Assembly: GCA_017613255.1 (NCBI GenBank)
Contig: JAGAEF010000335.1
Location: 1 to 35,171 of the forward strand
Origin: Lentisphaeria bacterium
Lineage (GTDB): Bacteria > Verrucomicrobiota > Lentisphaeria > Victivallales > UBA1829
DNA: 35,171 nucleotides
Direction: 5' to 3'
Shown: positions 9,099 through 17,587 of the stretch, piece after piece
How positions within the stretch are numbered: the first letter of the stretch is position 1
Layout of the letters: every line of letters begins with the position of its first letter
Notes under the pieces: generated by a model
What the model was told of the DNA's origin: nothing
The model's database searches: none
The model's input: the letters and a program-made list of their open reading frames with translations, nothing else
Position numbers and translations under genes: made by a program

Positions 9099-10244
9099 TT
9101 ACATATCGATTTTCGCTATATCGGAAGCAAACTCCTCCTCCCACGGATAGTGGATGGTGAGCTTTTCCCCTTTGAGGGCGGCGGACTTTGCCGCATAGAT
9201 CCCCGGAAGGGTCATGAGAAGCCCGTCCCGCAGGCTGATGGGGAAGTCCTTGTCCCCTCTCTGGAAAGCGGAGAACATGTGATCGAAAAGCGCATAGTCC
9301 GCGCCCCCGTGGCCGCCGGCGTTGGGGTTGTCCTTGTATTCGTTGGGCATCATGCCCACCTGAAGTTCCGTGAGATCTCTTGCCCCGTAGAACTCATCGG
9401 ACTGGAAACGGACTTTTTCCGGCGTGGCGCCCCGGTCGCCGATGCGCTCGAAATAGCCCTTGGTCCCGAACACCCGGTAGGAGTGGTGGCCGAAGAAGGC
9501 CCGGCAGCTGCCGTTGCGCAGAAGCCGGATGGTGACGCCGGATTCCGTCTGGAACAAGGCGGCCTGCATATCGTCTTTCAGCGCATTGGGATTGATGTGG
9601 GTCCCGGTCCCCACGCACACCACGTACCGGAGAACTTCCTTCATGATGCGCAGCAGCGGCCCCAGGGAGTGGGTGCAGTAGCGGATGGGAACCAGAGTCT
9701 TCCGCCACGGGCTGTGGACCAGAATGGGATTGGTGGCCGCCGGTTCCCGGGAGGCGTGGATGTATTCGGCTTCCATGTAGTAGGGTTCCCCCAGAAGTCC
9801 TTTCTTATACAGGTCCACCAGCGTGTTGATGAAGCCCCACTCGTTGGTGTTGGCGCCGGTCATGAGTTTCGCCTTGGAAGCGCTCTGGGCGTCCCAGAGC
9901 CTTTTCGCCTCGTCCAGACTTGCCACGGAGGGGATGTCGGAAAAGACGTTGATGTCCCTTTTCAGCGCCTTGATGCAGAAATCCGCGTGCACGTCCGCCC
10001 CGGTTTCCACGAGAACGAAGTCCAGATCGTTTTCGGCGATCATGTCTTCATACTTCTCATAGAATTTCACATTGGGATAGAGCGCCTTGAGGGGGGAATC
10101 CTGAAGCCACTGCTTTTCCGACCAGAGCAGGGGGTCAATGTCGCAGGCGGCGACGAATTCGGTGGGGAAACGGTCCGCCGCCAGACGCGCCATATGGCGT
10201 CCTCTGTGTCCCAGTCCCACGACGGCAAATCTTGCTTTCTTCAT
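9099..10244 (-). CDS. Gfo/Idh/MocA-family oxidoreductase, GH109-like
   Basis: FAVVGLGHRG. EAEYIH, YCTHSLGPL and GGHGGADY resemble the GH109 motifs AYIH, YPTHGLGP and GGHGGMD. Start at ATG 10244 after AAGGAG. Confidence 0.82.
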   Translation of the reverse strand: MKKARFAVVGLGHRGRHMARLAADRFPTEFVAACDIDPLLWSEKQWLQDSPLKALYPNVKFYEKYEDMIAENDLDFVLVETGADVHADFCIKALKRDINVFSDIPSVASLDEAKRLWDAQSASKAKLMTGANTNEWGFINTLVDLYKKGLLGEPYYMEAEYIHASREPAATNPILVHSPWRKTLVPIRYCTHSLGPLLRIMKEVLRYVVCVGTGTHINPNALKDDMQAALFQTESGVTIRLLRNGSCRAFFGHHSYRVFGTKGYFERIGDRGATPEKVRFQSDEFYGARDLTELQVGMMPNEYKDNPNAGGHGGADYALFDHMFSAFQRGDKDFPISLRDGLLMTLPGIYAAKSAALKGEKLTIHYPWEEEFASDIAKIDM

Positions 10245-10303
10245 TTTTTGCTCCTTCTTCATTTTGTTTCGGTATTTTCAGGGAAAATGCTGTTCGGAAA
10301 GTA

Positions 10304-10331
10304 ACTATAGACGCGTTTTCGGAAAAAACAA
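10304..10331 (-). promoter_or_regulatory. Candidate promoter for the GH109-like/DUF4838 operon
   Basis: Minus strand cTTGTTT-N16-TATAGT. Confidence 0.45.
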
Positions 10332-10393
10332 GGCGTTTCACAGGGGAAAAGTCCAAAAAAAGCGGGAAAAGGAAAAATGCGCCGGAGATGGCG

Positions 10394-10436
10394 GAAAAAA
10401 CAAAAGGGACATGCGGAATTTCCGCACATCCCTTTG
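10394..10436 (-). terminator. Rho-independent terminator downstream of the 10481-10924 gene
   Basis: Minus strand AAAGGGATGTGCGG-AAATT-CCGCATGTCCCTTT followed by TGTTTTTT. Confidence 0.75.
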
Positions 10437-10480
10437 TGTTCCGTCAAAAGGAATCTCCCGGCGTCCCGGTCCGGCAAAGA

Positions 10481-10924
10481 TCACTTCTTCCAGGACTTGC
10501 TTTTGGTGGACTTCTTCGTCTTTTTCCCTTCGGCGGCCTCTTCCTTCTCGGCTTTTTTCGCATCCTCGGCGATCTTCTTGAGCCTCTTCTTTCTTTCCAG
10601 CTCCTCCTTGACCTCCAACTGCTGTTCCTTGTCGGCGGCAATGGCTTTGGCTTTTGCTCCCTGGATCAGCTCGGCGCGTCTGTTCACCTGCGCCATGAAG
10701 GGGAAGTCCTTGGGAAAATCTTTGACCTGAACGACGGCCGTCTTCTCTCCCTTTTCATAATAGACCACGATCCCCCAGGGGCCCGTTTTGGAATCGGTCA
10801 CGGGGGCCACACTGCCCAGCCCGCTGAAATCCTTGAGAAGGGTGCCGTTTTTCAACTGGAGATCTTCCCCGAAAAGAGCGAAAGCACTGAGAACGAGAAG
10901 AAGCAGTACAGGAATCTTTTTCAT
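10481..10924 (-). CDS. Hypothetical secreted protein with a Lys/Glu-rich C-terminal tail (147 aa)
   Basis: Signal peptide MKKIPVLLLLVLSAFALFG, RBS AAGGTG, host-like codon usage, and its own candidate promoter and terminator. Confidence 0.75.
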   Translation of the reverse strand: MKKIPVLLLLVLSAFALFGEDLQLKNGTLLKDFSGLGSVAPVTDSKTGPWGIVVYYEKGEKTAVVQVKDFPKDFPFMAQVNRRAELIQGAKAKAIAADKEQQLEVKEELERKKRLKKIAEDAKKAEKEEAAEGKKTKKSTKSKSWKK

Positions 10925-11016
10925 TTTTTCACCTTTTTTCCGTTTTTCCGCCGGGGGACTTTTTTTCTGCCGAAACCGCCTGCGGGGCCCCGTATGATGC
11001 CGCACTTGACGGAGCT

Positions 11017-11080
11017 AATATAACACCGGGGGAAAAAAAGTCAAGAAATTTCTTGCATTACGGAAAGAAAATGGTACATT
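11017..11080. promoter_or_regulatory. Back-to-back divergent promoters
   Basis: Minus strand cTTGACT(11044-11039)-N16-TATATT(11022-11017). Plus strand cTTGCAT(11053-11058)-N16-TACATT(11075-11080), with a TG extension. Confidence 0.6.
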
Positions 11081-11156
11081 AATGGGGAAAAACTCTCTTT
11101 TTCCGCATTTCCGCGGCAAAAGAACAAACTGACGAAACCAAGGAAAGGGTGTTCCC

Positions 11157-11915
11157 ATGAAATTCGGCGTTGCGGATTACGGCATGAACGTGTGGTACGG
11201 AGGAAACTGGGATCTTCGGGGCAGACTGGAAGACCTGAAGGGCATCGGTATGGACGGCATCGAGTGCCTGAGCTGTCAGGATGCGGCGGACGCGGTGTAC
11301 AAGGCGGCGGAATTCCGCCGCCTGGGCATGGATTTCGCCACGGTGGAGTGCGGCTCTTCCCGGTCCTATCATATGCTTCTCACGGCGGCCTTCGGCAAGG
11401 AATACGTCTGGCTTGCCCCCGGGGACATGAGCAGAAGAACCCCCTTCGACGTCTTCTGCCGCAGAGCCAACGCCTATGTGGAAGGCGCCGCCAAGCTGGG
11501 GATCAAGGCCGCTCTCCACAACCATCTGGGCACCAGAGTACAGGATCAGCAGGAGATCTTCGACTTCATGAACGCCGTTCCCGGCGCCTATCTGCTTCTG
11601 GACGTGGGCCATGTCCACGGCGCGGGCGGAAACAATACGGAGATCATCGAAAAATTCCATGACAGGATCATTGCCGTCCATTTCAAGGACGTGTTCATCA
11701 AGGACGAGTCCAAAGGTCTGGACGACTGGGGCAACCGCCTCCGTTTCTGCGAACTTGGCGGCGGCAACAGCAATTTCGATCTGGAAGGCCCCTGCGAGGC
11801 CCTGAAGAAATACCGTTATGACAAATGGGTCCTTGTGGAGCATGATACCCATCTGCGGGATCCCCTCATCGACCTGAAAAAATCCCTGGATATCCTCAAA
11901 GGGATCTTCAAGTAA
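11157..11915 (+). CDS. Sugar-phosphate isomerase/epimerase-family TIM barrel (AP_endonuc_2), IolE-like
   Basis: HNHLGTRVQ..EI, LLLDVGH, RIIAVHFKD, FCELGGG, WVLVEHD. Confidence 0.82.
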   Translation: MKFGVADYGMNVWYGGNWDLRGRLEDLKGIGMDGIECLSCQDAADAVYKAAEFRRLGMDFATVECGSSRSYHMLLTAAFGKEYVWLAPGDMSRRTPFDVFCRRANAYVEGAAKLGIKAALHNHLGTRVQDQQEIFDFMNAVPGAYLLLDVGHVHGAGGNNTEIIEKFHDRIIAVHFKDVFIKDESKGLDDWGNRLRFCELGGGNSNFDLEGPCEALKKYRYDKWVLVEHDTHLRDPLIDLKKSLDILKGIFK

Positions 11916-11944
11916 GAAATCCTCCCCGGGAGGAAAGGAGTCTT

Positions 11945-13909
11945 ATGAGCACTTTTTATGTGACCACCCCCATCTACTACGTAAACGACAAGCCCCATAT
12001 CGGGCACGCCTACACCACCATTCTCGCGGACATTCTCGCCCGTTTCCACCGGGCCATGGGGGACGATACCTTCTTCCTCACCGGGACCGATGAACACGGC
12101 CAGAAGGTGCAGAAGGCGGCGGAAGCGCGTCACCTCACGCCCCAGGAGCACTGCGACGACACGGTCAAGCGCTTTCAGGAGCTCTGGGAGCGTCTGGGAA
12201 TCTCCAACGACGATTTCCTGCGTACCACCCAGGAGCGGCACAAGAAGGTCGTGCGGGCCATCCTGCAGGACCTTTACGACAGGGACCTCATCTACAAAAG
12301 AGAGTACAAGGGCCACTACTGCGTCCCCTGCGAAAGGTTCTTCACGGACAAGGACCTGCTGGAAGGCGGCCTCTGCCCCGACTGCAAACGGCCCACCGGG
12401 GAGATCTGCGAAACGAACTACTTCTTCCGCATGGGGCAGTACCGAGACTTCCTAGTGGAGTATATCCAGACGCATCCCGGGTTCATCCTGCCGGATTTCC
12501 GGGCCAACGAGACTCTGGGATTCCTGAAGAAGGATCTGGAGGATCTGTGCATCTCCCGGCCCAAATCCAGACTCTCCTGGGGCATCGAACTGCCCTTCGA
12601 TCCCGACTACGTGTGCTACGTCTGGTTCGACGCCCTCATCAACTACATTTCCGCCATCGGCTACCGGGGCGGGGAGGAGGCCAAATTCGCCAAGTACTGG
12701 GCGGAAAGTCTCCACCTTATCGGCAAGGACATCCTCACCACCCATACGGTGTACTGGCCCACCATGCTCCATGCCATGAATCTTCCCATGCCCAAACACA
12801 TTTTCGCCCACGGCTGGTGGCTTACGGGCAACGCCAAGATGAGCAAGTCCGCCGGGAACGTGGTCAATCCCATGGATATGATCGGCAAGTTCGGCGTGGA
12901 TCCCTTCCGGTACTGTCTTACCGCGGGCATGGTTCCCGGGCAGGACGCCTCCTTCACGGAAGAATCCTTCATCCTGCGGTACAATACCGATCTGGCCAAC
13001 GATCTGGGCAACATGCTCAGCCGCGTGGTCAAGATGGCCTTCAAGTATTTCCAAGGGAAAGTGCCTCCCTGCGGAACGCTTGAGGAGATCGATAACGAAC
13101 TGCTTTCGGAAGCGGAAAAGGCCGTTCCCGCCGTAAGGGAGGCCGTGGAGAACATCAAGCTGGACAAAGGTCTGGAGGCCGCCATGAACGTGGTCCGCGC
13201 CGCCAACCGCTATATGGAAAAGACCGCCCCCTGGACTCTGGCCAAGAAGGGGGAAACGGAGCGGCTCGCCACGGTGCTGTACACCGCCGCCGAGTCTCTG
13301 CGCATCGTTTCCGCACTGCTTCTTCCGGTCATGCCGGAAAAGATGAAGGAACTGCGTCTTTCTCTGGGATTCGCCCCGGAGGAGGCGGCAAAGGCGGATT
13401 ATGCCGCACTGGCTTCCTCCCGTCTCGTATCGGGGACTCCCATGCGGGATACTCCTCCCCTCTTCCCCCGCATCCTGGCGGAAAAAGGGGACGCTCCCTG
13501 CTGCCGGAAAGGGGAAGCTCCCGCAAAGAAGGAGACTCCTGCCGCCGGAAAGCAGGAGGAAAAGGCCGCCGAAGAAAACGCCAACGTGGTGACCGTGGAG
13601 GATTTCTTCCGCACGGAGCTCAAGACGGCGGAGGTGCTGGAGGCGAAAAAGCTGGAAAACTCCGACAAGCTTCTCCTGCTGAAGATCAAGGTGGGCGAAG
13701 AGGTGCGGGAGATCGTTTCGGGCATAGCCAAACACTATACGCCGGAAGAGATGGTGGGCCGCACCATCGTCATCGTGGCCAATCTCAAGCCTGCGAAGAT
13801 CCGGGGCGTGGTCTCCAACGGGATGCTCCTTGCCGCCAAGGACGGGGACACCCTGAAGCTGGTCACCATCGACGGCGGCTCCTTCAAGAGCGGGATCCCC
13901 GTAGGCTGA
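11945..13909 (+). CDS. metG: Methionine--tRNA ligase with C-terminal tRNA-binding domain
   Basis: FYVTTPIYY, HIGH, GTDEHG, CxxC..CxxC knuckle, YVWFDAL, KMSKS, and an OB-fold C-terminus (IVANLKP..SNGMLLAA). Confidence 0.97.
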   Translation: MSTFYVTTPIYYVNDKPHIGHAYTTILADILARFHRAMGDDTFFLTGTDEHGQKVQKAAEARHLTPQEHCDDTVKRFQELWERLGISNDDFLRTTQERHKKVVRAILQDLYDRDLIYKREYKGHYCVPCERFFTDKDLLEGGLCPDCKRPTGEICETNYFFRMGQYRDFLVEYIQTHPGFILPDFRANETLGFLKKDLEDLCISRPKSRLSWGIELPFDPDYVCYVWFDALINYISAIGYRGGEEAKFAKYWAESLHLIGKDILTTHTVYWPTMLHAMNLPMPKHIFAHGWWLTGNAKMSKSAGNVVNPMDMIGKFGVDPFRYCLTAGMVPGQDASFTEESFILRYNTDLANDLGNMLSRVVKMAFKYFQGKVPPCGTLEEIDNELLSEAEKAVPAVREAVENIKLDKGLEAAMNVVRAANRYMEKTAPWTLAKKGETERLATVLYTAAESLRIVSALLLPVMPEKMKELRLSLGFAPEEAAKADYAALASSRLVSGTPMRDTPPLFPRILAEKGDAPCCRKGEAPAKKETPAAGKQEEKAAEENANVVTVEDFFRTELKTAEVLEAKKLENSDKLLLLKIKVGEEVREIVSGIAKHYTPEEMVGRTIVIVANLKPAKIRGVVSNGMLLAAKDGDTLKLVTIDGGSFKSGIPVG

Positions 13910-13930
13910 AAAACTTTTTTTCGATTTTTT

Positions 13931-13972
13931 GAGGCGGTCCTCCTGTAAAAAGGCGGGGCCGCCTTTTGTTTT
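13931..13972 (+). terminator. Rho-independent terminator after metG
   Basis: AAAAGGCGG/CCGCCTTTT inverted repeat (alternatively AGGCGGTCC/GGGCCGCCT), followed by TTTGTTTT. Confidence 0.65.
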
Positions 13973-13973
13973 G

Positions 13974-14030
13974 GAAAACACGAGAAAAAGTGGTTTTCAG
14001 ACTTGAAAACACAAAAAAAGTGTGTATATT
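13974..14030 (+). promoter_or_regulatory. hicAB promoter with two candidate operator repeats
   Basis: cTTGAAA(14003-14008)-N16-TATATT(14025-14030). Two copies of GAAAACAC-[A-rich 7-8 nt]-GTG at 13974 and 14005; the second overlaps the -35 element and spacer. Confidence 0.6.
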
Positions 14031-14056
14031 GAATATCGCGGCAGGGAGAATGACGG

Positions 14057-14245
14057 ATGAGCAGCTACAATGAATTTTTCAAGTTTCTGATCGCGAACGG
14101 ATGCAAAGTGGTGAGATCAGGCGCGGGGAGCTGTAAAATGATGATCGGACCGAACGGGAAAAGTTTTCCGTTTCACAACCACGGCGCAAAGGAAATGCCG
14201 AAAGGAACTCAGCAGAGCATAAAGAAACAGGCAGGGATCAAATAA
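14057..14245 (+). CDS. hicA: HicA-family toxin (type II TA), with the catalytic His replaced by Cys
   Basis: 62 aa with the pattern L..NG..VVR.G.GSx.M..P.G..FP.H..KEMPKGT..SIKKQAGI. Lies directly upstream of hicB. Confidence 0.88.
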   Translation: MSSYNEFFKFLIANGCKVVRSGAGSCKMMIGPNGKSFPFHNHGAKEMPKGTQQSIKKQAGIK

Positions 14246-14287
14246 GAGCTCGGGGGACAGGTCTTATCGATCGAAAGGAGGAGCATC

Positions 14288-14689
14288 ATGGAGAAGAAAA
14301 CCTATTTTCTGGCGGTTTATGAAAACGAACTGGGGACGTTCAGCGGCAAGTTCCCGGACTTCGAGTGCGTTTGTGATGACGGGGATACTTTGGAAGAATT
14401 GATTTACAACGCGAAGGAACTTTTGAATTTTACCGTTGCCTACATGGTCGATCACAAACAGCCGCTTCCGGAACCCTCCGAGGGAAGAGCGGTCCGGGAT
14501 AAATTGCCGGAAGAGCCGTTCTGTCTGGTTCCGGTCAGCGTTTATCCCCCGGTGAAGACCGAGCGGATCAATATTGCCGCGCCGGGGGACAAGATCGCCG
14601 AAATCACCGATTACGCGAAAAAAAGCAAGTTGTCCCGCTCCGAACTGATGGTCAACGCCACATTGGAATACATCCGTTCCAATCCCTGA
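14288..14689 (+). CDS. hicB: HicB-family antitoxin with C-terminal ribbon-helix-helix domain
   Basis: Y.AV......FPDF..V...GDTLEE...AKE.L...LPEPS and C-terminal ERINI..P...I..YAK...SRSELM. RBS AGGAGG. Confidence 0.9.
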   Translation: MEKKTYFLAVYENELGTFSGKFPDFECVCDDGDTLEELIYNAKELLNFTVAYMVDHKQPLPEPSEGRAVRDKLPEEPFCLVPVSVYPPVKTERINIAAPGDKIAEITDYAKKSKLSRSELMVNATLEYIRSNP

Positions 14690-14809
14690 CGCATACAGAT
14701 TCTTCCCATACCCGACACGCATTCCCGGCAGGTTTTTCCCTTCCGGGATTTTGTTTCCCGGAAACATTTTCCCTTGTTCGCTGTCTTTCTTACCGGCGAA
14801 AGGGGGAAT

Positions 14810-15511
14810 ATGGGCGGAGAAAGCGGCAAAAGGGAATTCGGCATCCGGAGCGTGGAAAAGGCGCTGACGCTTCTGGATCTCCTGCTTGCTTCCCCGGAAG
14901 AAGGGATCCGTCTGCATCTTCTCGCCTCCCGGGCGAAGATCCCCCCGGCCACGGCAAGGAATCTCCTGCGCACCATGGAAAAGAGTTTCCATGCGGAGCG
15001 GGAAAATCACCTCTACAGGCCCGGCAGGGCCCTTGTCCGGCACTTCCGCAGGGAGCTTTTCAACAGGGAAGAGAAGCTTGTTCTTGCGGAATATGTGCGG
15101 AAAATCAGTACGCAGTGCGGGGAGACCTGCTGTCTTTTCTGCGGGGAAGTTTCAGCTTCTTTCCCGGAGGAGGAGGGGGCTTTTCCGAAACTCACGGAAA
15201 CCTTCTCTCACGGGGGAAGCAAAGGGGTCGTTGCCGGGGAGGAGGCGGCAAGAGCCTCCCTCTTTTCCCCTTCGCCCGCAAGAGCGCTTTTTCTTGCACC
15301 CCTCCGTGAGGCGGAGGGATCGCGCTTCCGGGAGGGCAAGGCGTGCGGAAACGCTCTCTGGAGTCTGTGTTTCCTTCTGGATACGGGACTCCGGAAGGAT
15401 CTTTGCGCCGTTCTCGCCCTCTTTCTTCCCGCAGGCAGGGCCACGGGGGAAAAACGCGCCGCCCTGAAGGATTTTCTTCTTTCCCGTGCCGGGAGCGGGC
15501 TTTTCCGGTAG
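14810..15511 (+). CDS. IclR-family transcriptional regulator, diverged
   Basis: N-terminal IRSVEKALTLLDLL...LASRAKIPPATARNLLRTM...Y.PG HTH and GETC. The C-terminal effector domain is poorly recognisable. Confidence 0.65.
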   Translation: MGGESGKREFGIRSVEKALTLLDLLLASPEEGIRLHLLASRAKIPPATARNLLRTMEKSFHAERENHLYRPGRALVRHFRRELFNREEKLVLAEYVRKISTQCGETCCLFCGEVSASFPEEEGAFPKLTETFSHGGSKGVVAGEEAARASLFSPSPARALFLAPLREAEGSRFREGKACGNALWSLCFLLDTGLRKDLCAVLALFLPAGRATGEKRAALKDFLLSRAGSGLFR

Positions 15512-15515
15512 GAAA

Positions 15516-16967
15516 TCACCCTTTGAGGACGATCCCGCCCCCGTTTTCCGCATGGAAAAGGAGAGAACGCCCCTTTTGGACAAAGGAAACCCCTTCGTCG
15601 CCTTCCGCAAGGGCAAAAGCCCTGCTTGCGTACCGTTCCGGGAGGGAAACAATGTATTCGGCGATCTTTTCCGGGAAGAAAACGTAAAGGAAGTACCCGT
15701 CCTCTTCCTCATGCTGAAAACAGCAGATGCCCCGTTCGTCCGGGAGAAAATACTGATGGAAGGCGTGGAGAGTAAAACTTTCCCCCGCCTTCACCGACGC
15801 TTTCTCGAAGGCGTAGGGGTAGATCTTGCCGCTTCTGTAGAGATAGAGGAAAGTCTCCCCCCGTTCCGCTTCCTTCCCCCTTGCGGTGATCCCGCAGCTG
15901 GGGGAGTAGCCCAGCGCCACCCCCAGTTCCCGCTTCCCGCCGTTTCCGAAGAGATCCATGAAACAGTTGGGGATCCTGTCCGGGGAGAGGGCGTCCTGTT
16001 TGGTGAAGAAATGGGAGACCGAACTCTTTTCCGGGAATTTCCACGGGAGGAGGGGATCCGTTTCGATCCCGGAAATCCCGCTTCTTTTCAGCCCGGGGAC
16101 CAGTTTTTCATGGAGGGAAAAGGGGACTTCGCTGTAGTACTGGATCATGCCGTACCGGAGGGATTCGGAAAAATCCCGCAGGAAGGTGACTTTGTTCCGG
16201 ATCCTGCGGCAGCTTCCCGGCTGGAAGAAGGTGGTCATTTCGCACTTGATCGCGCCGGGAAGGGCGGGATCGTGGGGGGAGACATATTTCCCGGGATGAC
16301 TTTTTGCGTGGATAAGCAGATCGTCCGGCAGGATCAGGTCCATATCCCAGAAAAGCTCCGCAAAGGAGCATTCGCAGACCTCTCCCTCCCCGATCTCCCG
16401 CTTCCCGTCGGCAAGCAGACGGATCGAATTGTATCTCTGATGGGGGGAGAGCTGGCCGCCGGGGACGCCGTTCATCATGATTTTTTCCACCTTTTCCGGG
16501 AGAAAAGTCTTTCCTTCCAGATGGAGAGATCCGGTCACGGCTGCGCAGAACGCTTTTCCCTCATCCGGGACGTCGCTGTGAAGGAAGAAGGTGCATAAGT
16601 CCTGAATGGAAAGGAGAACGAATCTTTCCCCCGCGTCGTCGGTAAGGACCTTTCCCAGATCCTCCTGAAAAAGCCAGTGGCGCAGCATGGTGACCCGGAA
16701 GGTGAAGGGGCTCCCGTGATTCGCCCCGATGATTCCGTGATGCCCGGCCACCCAGGGGGCGTGATTGTCCCAGCTTTTTGCGAAAAGGCGGCCCTTGTTC
16801 CACTCCTCCAGAGGGAGCTCTTTGGGCAGGAAGAAACTGTTTTCGTTGCCCTCGATGAATCGGGTCGCGATGTTGTCGGTTTCCGAAAAGGCGCTCAAAA
16901 CGAAAACGCTTCTGCGGTCCTTTTTGACGAGGATCTTTTCCCTGTCGTCAAGATAATGTTTTTCCAT
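15516..16967 (-). CDS. Hypothetical protein (483 aa)
   Basis: Long ORF with an AAGGAGAGG RBS before ATG 16967 and an upstream cTTGAAA-N17-TATATT (17044-17016). No family recognised. Confidence 0.75.
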   Translation of the reverse strand: MEKHYLDDREKILVKKDRRSVFVLSAFSETDNIATRFIEGNENSFFLPKELPLEEWNKGRLFAKSWDNHAPWVAGHHGIIGANHGSPFTFRVTMLRHWLFQEDLGKVLTDDAGERFVLLSIQDLCTFFLHSDVPDEGKAFCAAVTGSLHLEGKTFLPEKVEKIMMNGVPGGQLSPHQRYNSIRLLADGKREIGEGEVCECSFAELFWDMDLILPDDLLIHAKSHPGKYVSPHDPALPGAIKCEMTTFFQPGSCRRIRNKVTFLRDFSESLRYGMIQYYSEVPFSLHEKLVPGLKRSGISGIETDPLLPWKFPEKSSVSHFFTKQDALSPDRIPNCFMDLFGNGGKRELGVALGYSPSCGITARGKEAERGETFLYLYRSGKIYPYAFEKASVKAGESFTLHAFHQYFLPDERGICCFQHEEEDGYFLYVFFPEKIAEYIVSLPERYASRAFALAEGDEGVSFVQKGRSLLFHAENGGGIVLKG

Positions 16968-17197
16968 TTTTCCTCTCCTTTTCTGTCCCGGCCGGGGGTG
17001 TGTTCGATGCCGTAAAATATAGAAGAAGAGCGCCGATTTTTCAAGCACGGAAGGGGAAAAAGGGACTTTTCCGGGTCCGGAACGAAAAAAAAGGTAAAAA
17101 TTTTTTCATTCCCGTTTGCAATTTGCCCGAACGCGTTATATCTTATCCCCTGAAGAAGCATGGATTGCTTCGGAAACCATCACTCGGGAAAGTGAAA

Positions 17198-17587
17198 ATG
17201 CAGTTGAGATCTGGATACGATCCGGAGATTTCGGCGTGCATTTCTTTTGCGGAACGTTCCGTGGAAGGAATGTATTTTCTGAAAGACTCCCTTGATGCGG
17301 ACGCGCCGTTTTTCGCCGTCTCTTCCGCCTGTGCGTGCGTGCAGGAGGACTTTTTCTACATTCCCGCCGCCCCCTTCGATCTGGGCAGGATCATCTCGAT
17401 CCGAATTCAGAATACGGTTTCCGTCTATACCTTGAATTCCTCTTTCCCGAGGTTCATGGATTTTGTGGTCAGCGTCTCCTCCCGCCTCTTTTCCGCAGCT
17501 CTTTCCCGAGTGGAAACCTTCGTGCGCAGGAGCGTGACCGTGTACAGAAAGTTCATTGCCCGCAGACCATGCGTGCTGAGGCTGTGA
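17198..17587 (+). CDS. Hypothetical protein (about 129 aa) upstream of the giant gene
   Basis: ORF fills the intergenic gap downstream of a candidate TTGCAA-N17-TATCTT promoter (17116-17144). The start is uncertain (alternative ATG 17270). The protein ends RRPCVLRL. Confidence 0.45.
   Translation: MQLRSGYDPEISACISFAERSVEGMYFLKDSLDADAPFFAVSSACACVQEDFFYIPAAPFDLGRIISIRIQNTVSVYTLNSSFPRFMDFVVSVSSRLFSAALSRVETFVRRSVTVYRKFIARRPCVLRL

Noticed and set aside
6108-10304. 1398-aa plus-strand ORF (also 3637-6177)
   Set aside because: Antisense shadow of well-supported minus-strand genes, with no motifs. Such shadows are expected with GC-rich codon bias.
14751-14763. Part of the inverted repeat TTCCGGGA/TCCCGGAA after hicB as a terminator
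   Set aside because: The U-tract is short and offset from the stem, and the arms are variants of the locally abundant CCGG motif, so support is too weak.
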